In this document: piece after piece, positions 57,358-64,000 of the stretch
Numbering within the stretch: position 1 is the stretch's first letter
Layout of the letters: each line of letters begins with the position of its first letter
Source of the DNA: Octopus vulgaris
Lineage: Eukaryota
Assembly (NCBI GenBank): GCA_951406725.2
Contig: OX597841.1
Coordinates: 16,554,001 to 16,618,000 of the forward strand
Direction: 5' to 3'
Length of the DNA: 64,000 nt
Program-made: the position numbers and the translations under genes
Notes under the pieces: model-generated
The model's input: the letters and a program-made list of their open reading frames with translations, nothing else
What the model was told of the DNA's origin: nothing
Database searches by the model: none

Positions 57358-57912
57358 ATGAGTGTCTTTGTGTCTGTGTTTGTCCCCACCCCCATCACCG
57401 CTTGACAAGCAGTATTAGTGTTTACGTCGCCGTAATCTAGCGGTTTGGCAAAAACCACCGATAGAATAAGTACTACATGGTTCCTAGTTCAGTCCCACTG
57501 CACGGCACCTTGAGCAAGTGTTTTCTACTCTAACCCCCGGGCCGACCAAAGCCTTGTCAGTGGATTTGTTAGAGTGAAACTGAAAGAAGTCCGTCGTACA
57601 AATATGTATGTATTTGTGTGTGTTTGCCCCCCGTCCATCACTTGACAACCGATGTTGGTGTGTTTACGTCCCCATAATTTAGCGTTTCGGCGAAACGGAA
57701 CCGATCGAATAAGTACTAGGCTTACAAAGAATTGATTTCCTACGTCGGTAGTCTGTTGTCTGTTCATCTGCTCAGCACCTATTGATATTCAACATTGATT
57801 CAATAAGGTCGTCTGCCCGAATAGTTCACATCCGCCATGATATATTCGACTAAAGGCGGGGCTCCAGCTTGGCCGCTGTCAAATGACTGAAACAAGTGAA
57901 AGAATAAATGAA
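57058..57912 (+). mobile_element. Two older SINE family A copies in tandem; the second carries a 114-bp satellite-derived insert
   Basis: Copy 1 spans 57058-57474; copy 2 restarts at acatggttcctagttcagtccc; insert at 57733-57846. Confidence 0.85.
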
Positions 57913-58029
57913 GATATACATAGATATACTTCCGCATGTGTGCGTCAGTGTGGGAACTGTTTTCTTTCAATATAATTCTTCATGTTTTGGTTGAATTACG
58001 CAAATTACATTAATATGCGGTCAGCGGGG

Positions 58030-59398
58030 TTTGCGCGGATAAATGGAAGCTCCTTCATGCTAGACGTGCCGATTGAGCGATGTGCCGTGAATGTTTGGCA
58101 TGGATATTTAGTCACAATTGCCTTTCACCAACTGAAATGATAGCAGTAGTTTGCTCACTGAAACTCGTTGATCGTGGCCGTTAACATTTTGTTGTTTGAT
58201 CAACCGCTCGGCATCTTATGATATTCGCCATTGACTCGAACATCTGGCTTGGATTTTAGTCAAAATGGCCGTTCGCCAACTGGAATATTTCATCTGTTCA
58301 TGCTACAGCTACAGGTGATAGCAATAGTCTGCTAACTGAAACTGGTTGATCCTCTGCGTCGGCAGTTTGTTGTCTGTTCATCTGCTCAGCACCTATTGAT
58401 ATTCAACAATGATTCAAAAAGATCGTCTGCCAGAATAGTTCACATCCGCCATGATATATTTCATGATTTGCGCGAACAAATGGAACTCCTTTGTGGTAGA
58501 TTCTCAGACTGAACGAGACGGTGTAAACGTTTGGCATGTGAAATTCACCATTGACTCGAACATCTGGCTTGGATTTTAGTCAAAATGGCCGTTCGCCAAC
58601 TAAAATATCTCATCTGCTCAAGCTACCGTTACAGGTGATAGCAATAGTCTGCTAACTGAAACTGGTTGATCCTAAACATCGACAGTTTGTTGTCAGTTCA
58701 TCCTCTCAGCATTTAGTGATAATCGCCGTTGACTCAATAAGGTCGTCGGCCAGAATAGTTCACATCAGCCATGATGTATCTAATGATTTATGCGGACAAA
58801 TGGAACTCCTTCATTCTAAACGCCCCGATTGGGTGATGCGGCGCGAAGGTTTGGCTTCAATTATCAGTCACAATTGCCTTTCACCATCTGAAATATCACA
58901 TCTTCATATTCCGTGACTACTGATGGTAGCATTAGTTCGCCAACTGAATTTCGTTGATGCTGGACATCGCCATTTTGTTGTCTGTTGATCTGCTCAGCAT
59001 TTAGTGATAATCGCCATTGACTCAATAAGGTCGTCTGCCAGAATAGTTCACATCCGCCATGATATATTTCATGATTTGCGCGAACAAATGGAACTCCTTT
59101 GTGGTGAATGCTCTGACTGAATGAGGCGGTGTAAACGTTTGGCATGTGAAATTCACCATTGACTCGAACATCTGGCTTGGATTTTAGTCAAAATGGCCGT
59201 TCGCTGACTGAAATATCTCATCTGCTCATGCTACCGCTACAGGTGATAGCAATAGTCTGCTAACTGAAACTGGTTGATCCTAAACATCGACAGTTTGTTG
59301 TCAGTTCATCCACTCAGCATTTAGTGATAATCACCATTGACTCAATAAGGTCGTCTGCCAAAATAGTTCACATCCGCCATGGTGTATCCCGTGATTTC
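58030..59398. repeat. Complex tandem array with 288-bp and 320-bp unit types (608-bp higher-order repeat)
   Basis: AAATGGAA anchors at 58041, 58478, 58798 and 59086; TTGACTCGAACATCTGGCTTGG at 58231, 58551 and 59159. Confidence 0.92.
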
Positions 59399-59589
59399 AG
59401 CGTAGACTAACTTGTGTATTTACGCGCTACTACTACGGGTCAGAGTTGACCTGAGAGAATAATAGCTTAAGACCACCGAACGAAGTAGAAAAAGGCCGTC
59501 CCATGCGACCACCAAACGGAACGTATGCAAGAACGCCGTCTATGACACCCGAGACCTTCAACGGAGGCACTAACAGACAAACCGGTATC

Positions 59590-59742
59590 GTCCCCGTAAG
59601 TTAACGGTTCGGCAAATGAGACCGACAGAATAAGTACTAGAATAAGTCCAGGGGTCGATTTGCTCGACAAAAGGCGGTGCTCCAGCATGGCCACAGTCAA
59701 ATGACTGAAACAAGTAAAAGTGTCAAAAGAGTAAAAGAGAGT
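59590..59742 (+). mobile_element. SINE family A, 3' fragment
   Basis: cgtccccgtaagttaacggttcggcaaa...aaacaagtaaaag. Confidence 0.85.
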
Positions 59743-59950
59743 ATATCATAAAACAAATGCTGGGTACTCTCTCTTCATGGTTGGAAAAAGACGTTGGTCA
59801 ACACGGCTCGTCAACAACGGCGAATTGACATGATTCTGTATGGCATTTACCAGAGAGGAAACACCACTGTAATTGTTTTGATGAAAGCTGCAGATTATCA
59901 ACTGAGCGAAAGGATGTCACCTTCACTTTACAGCTCAATTTGAAGCGTCC

Positions 59951-59993
<43 letters not shown>

Positions 59994-59994
59994 C

Positions 59995-60026
<32 letters not shown>

Positions 60027-60142
60027 ATATATATATATGTATACATATATATGTATATGTATATATATATATGTATATATATATGTATGTATATGTGTGT
60101 GTATATATATATATATATGTATATATATGTATATATATATAT

Positions 60143-60235
<93 letters not shown>

Positions 60236-60412
60236 TATATAGATATACATATATATATATATATAGATATATATAAATATATAAGTTAACGGGGCGGTGT
60301 AAGGGGCCTGTTTCTCTGATATTGTGGGTCTTTAAGACAAATCAGGCAGGCCTTAGTTTTGAAGTCTATTGTATTCATTGTAGTATGTTTATGGAAATTT
60401 ATGGCGTGTACA

Positions 60413-60452
<40 letters not shown>

Positions 60453-60668
60453 CACACACACACACATATGCATGCATATCCATATATACACAGATATGAG
60501 TTATGCACGCATTCATACGTACACTGATATGCATATACATACGTAGATTTATACACATACCTGCACATACACACACATATGTATATCTATATATGTATCT
60601 ATATATATATATATATCTATATATATACATATATATATATATATAAACATACATACAGAAACATACAC

Positions 60669-60706
<38 letters not shown>

Positions 60707-60865
60707 ATACATACAGAAACACACACATGTATGTATATATATATATATATATATATATTCATACACGCATATTCATATAGATAAATAGATAGGTATACAT
60801 ACATGCACAAATAGACGTCCATACACACACACCCATATCTATATTCACTCTGTCTGTGTGTCTGC

Positions 60866-60921
<56 letters not shown>

Positions 60922-61221
60922 GCATACATATACACACATATATATATAGTCATTTACATATATTAATGAGAACACATATATGTTTGTGTGTATATATATC
61001 TATATCTGTATCTATCTACACACACGCTCACACACACACACACACACACAAACACAGACACACACGCGCATACACAGGTACCACACGCATGCGCGTGTGC
61101 ACAATATCCCTTTAAGTTAGCGCTCTTTCAAACAAAACGTGAAGGCAGGAACAGATAAGGAGGTTGGGCTGCTACGAGATAACGCTGAAAGGAAATCTAT
61201 CTTTCACGCTCATTTCTAAAG

Positions 61222-61280
<59 letters not shown>

Positions 61281-61446
61281 GTATATATGTATGTATATGT
61301 ATATAAATATATACCGCGGCGGCTTTTGTTAGATTAAAATCATACCAACTCCGCATAGCGCAGCCTCACTTTCGCCCACTGCACCGCCATGATGTTAACA
61401 CACGTAGCCATACGTAAGCACACAAACACGTATATATACATACGTG

Positions 61447-61596
<150 letters not shown>

Positions 61597-61720
61597 AATC
61601 TATATATGTTACTCTTTTACTCTTTTACTTGGTTCAATTGTTTGACTGCGGCCATATTGGAGCACCGCCATTTCTCTGCAAACTGAAACAATGGGGAACA
61701 ACCTTAATCGATTTTCGAAC

Positions 61721-61769
<49 letters not shown>

Positions 61770-62115
61770 TACATATGTTAGCTGCCCACTTTTTATCGAG
61801 TATGGCCATTGCACGAAGCTTAACTGTTATTGGTGCTGTGATCGAATGTGACTTTTATTTGCTCTTCAAGGCTACAACCAGCCATTCAGTTGAGACTCAC
61901 AGCACTATCAACAATCATGAACAATGTTGCTATCGTGCAATGCCTGTGCAGGAAGATTTCTTTTAAAGTGAGGAAAGGCTGTGCACTGAGTCAATCCCAC
62001 TCACTAAGGAATAGCAGCCATAATCCGAAAAGTCAACATCATCGGTAACCACTGAGCCACAGGTTTTATGTCGGAGTTATCCCAGTTACCTGAGTTACCT
62101 TCTCCTAGAAGGGTG

Positions 62116-62482
62116 TGGAAGCACTCCGTCGGTTAGGACGATGAGGGTTCCGGTTGATCCGAATCAACGGAACAGCCTGCTCGTGAAACTAACGTGTAAT
62201 GGCTGAGCACTCCACAGACACGTGTACCCTTAACTTAGTTCTCGGAGATATTCAGCGTGACACAGAGAGTGACAAGGCTGGCCCCTTGAAATACAGGTAC
62301 AACAGAAACAAGAAGTAAGAGTGAGAGAAAGTTGTGGTGATCACCACCATCCCTTGCCGGAGCCTCGTGGAGCTTTAGGTGTTTTCGCTCAATAAACACT
62401 CACAACGCCCGGTCTGGGAATCGAAACCGCGATCCTATGACCGCGAGTCCGCTGCCCTAACCACTGGGCCATTGCGCCTCCA
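62116..62482 (-). mobile_element. SINE family B, full-length solo copy with 17-bp TSD
   Basis: Flanks cttctcctagaagggtg (62099-62115) and cttctcttagaaggatg (62483-62499). Confidence 0.93.
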
Positions 62483-62952
62483 CTTCTCTTAGAAGGATGT
62501 CCTAACAAAGGCTAGGAGTCCTTCACTCCCAAAGGTTTAACCGCGCGATCGGGTATTCAGTGCGATTATTTCTATGTCCTCGCGCATGATACAGCCTTAA
62601 GCCTTAAGAGAGAAAAAAATACACATTTATCGGATGGCCGTTGACTCACAAGAGTTCCTCCGCCCTTTAACGGGTTTTGTCTTTCATCCCGCATGCTGTC
62701 CAGTAATCACCCTCCTCACCAAGCAAGCTTGGTGGGGTTGCCGATATATATATATATATATATACACACACACGTCGTGTTTCTTTCGGTTTCCATTTAC
62801 TAAATCCACACGGATGGCTTTGGTAAGCTATGGTAGAAGATACATTGCCAAGGTGCCACGTAGTGAGACTGAACTCGGAACCATGTGGTTGCGATGGCAG
62901 CTTCTTACCACACACCCAGACTTGCGAATGTGTATATATATATATTTTTTTT

Positions 62953-63341
62953 TTTACTTGTTTCAGTCATTTGACTGCGGCCATGCTGGGGCACCGCTTT
63001 TAATCGAGCAACTCGACCCCGGGACTTATTCTTTGCGAGCTCAGTACTTATTCTATCGGTCTCTTTTGCCGAACCGCTAAGTGACGGGGACATAAACATA
63101 CCAGCATCAGTTGTCAAGCATTGCTAGAGGGACAGACACAGACACACAAACACACACATAAACATACATATATATATATATATATACGACAGGCTCCTTT
63201 CAGTTTCCGTCTACCAAATCCACTCACAAGGCTTTGGTCGGCCCGAGGCTATAGTAGAAGACACTTGCCCAAGGTGCCACGCTGTGGGACTGAACCCGGA
63301 ACCATGTGGTTGGTAAACAAGCTACTTACCACACAGCCACT

Positions 63342-63344
<3 letters not shown>
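62953..63344 (-). mobile_element. SINE family A, full length; a degraded 5' half copy lies at about 62770-62925
   Basis: Reverse complement of family A. Confidence 0.92.
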
Positions 63345-63410
<66 letters not shown>

Positions 63411-63484
63411 ATATATATATTTGCAGTTGATCAACTCAGCCCCATCCTTATTTATTTATTTATTTGGGTGTGATGGGAGATAGG

Positions 63485-64000
63485 GGACGGCGTTGAGAGA
63501 ATCGGTAGCACGCCGGGCGAAATGCTTAGAGGTATTTCTTCTGCCGTTACGTTCTGAGTTCAAGTTCGACTTTACCTGAGGTCGACTTTACCTTTCATCC
63601 TTTCGGGGTCGATAAATTAAGTACCAGTTACGCACTGGTCCGTTTGCCTGTCATTGTTTGTCCCCTCTATGTTTAGTCCCTTGTGGGTCGTAAAAAATAG
63701 GTATTTCGTCTGCTGCTAAGTTCTGAGTTCAAATTCTGCCGAGATTGACTTTCATCCTTCCGGGGTCGATTAAATTAAGTACCAGTTACGCACTGGGTTC
63801 GATATAATTGACTTAATCCGTTTTTGTGTCCTTGTTTGTCTCCTCTGTGTTTAGCCCCTTGTGGGTAGTAAAGAAATAGGTATTTTATCCATCTTCGCGT
63901 CCTGCGTTCCAATTCCACCCAGGTCGACTTAGCTTTTTATCCTCTCGGGATTGTTAAAATTTGAACCAGTCGATCACTGGAGTCGATGTAATCAACGAAG
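63485..64000 (+). mobile_element. Head-to-tail array of SINE family C bodies
   Basis: One head, then three bodies joined at AAATAGGTATTT (about 63695 and 63875). Confidence 0.88.

Noticed and set aside
62060-62722. RTE-type LINE 5' UTR (minus strand) hosting the SINE B insertion, possibly with an HDV-like ribozyme
   Set aside because: The resemblance is from memory only (ccttctcctagaagg...aaggctaggag); no ORF follows and I could not build the fold.

Overview
This is a gene-poor, AT-rich eukaryotic (metazoan) window, intergenic or intronic. By eye roughly half of it is simple repeat ((TA)n, (CA)n, (TATC)n, (CATA)n, (AAT)n, (GAT)n), and almost every ORF in the supplied track is a microsatellite artefact. 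I find no supportable host protein-coding exon, tRNA, rRNA or CRISPR array. The microsatellite load and the tRNA-headed SINE families look like an octopus (coleoid cephalopod) genome; this is inference from memory, not a search result. The rest is a mosaic of at least four SINE families (labelled A, B, C and E here, plus a LINE-tail-like repeat D), 5'-truncated restriction-like-endonuclease (R4/Dong-type) LINE fragments, mariner/Tc1 relics, two Helitron ends, Penelope-like ends and three complex tandem arrays. The best leads are: (1) a dispersed set of minimal type-I hammerhead-ribozyme motifs, one with an intact core and one trapped in an 87-bp inverted repeat; (2) retroelements that appear partitioned by microsatellite type, (TAA)n versus (CATA)n versus (TATC)n; (3) SINE concatemers that restart at fixed internal sites; (4) two degenerate tandem arrays (about 410 bp and 288/320 bp) with hints of past codon-level constraint. 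Coordinates were read by hand and may be off by a few bases.
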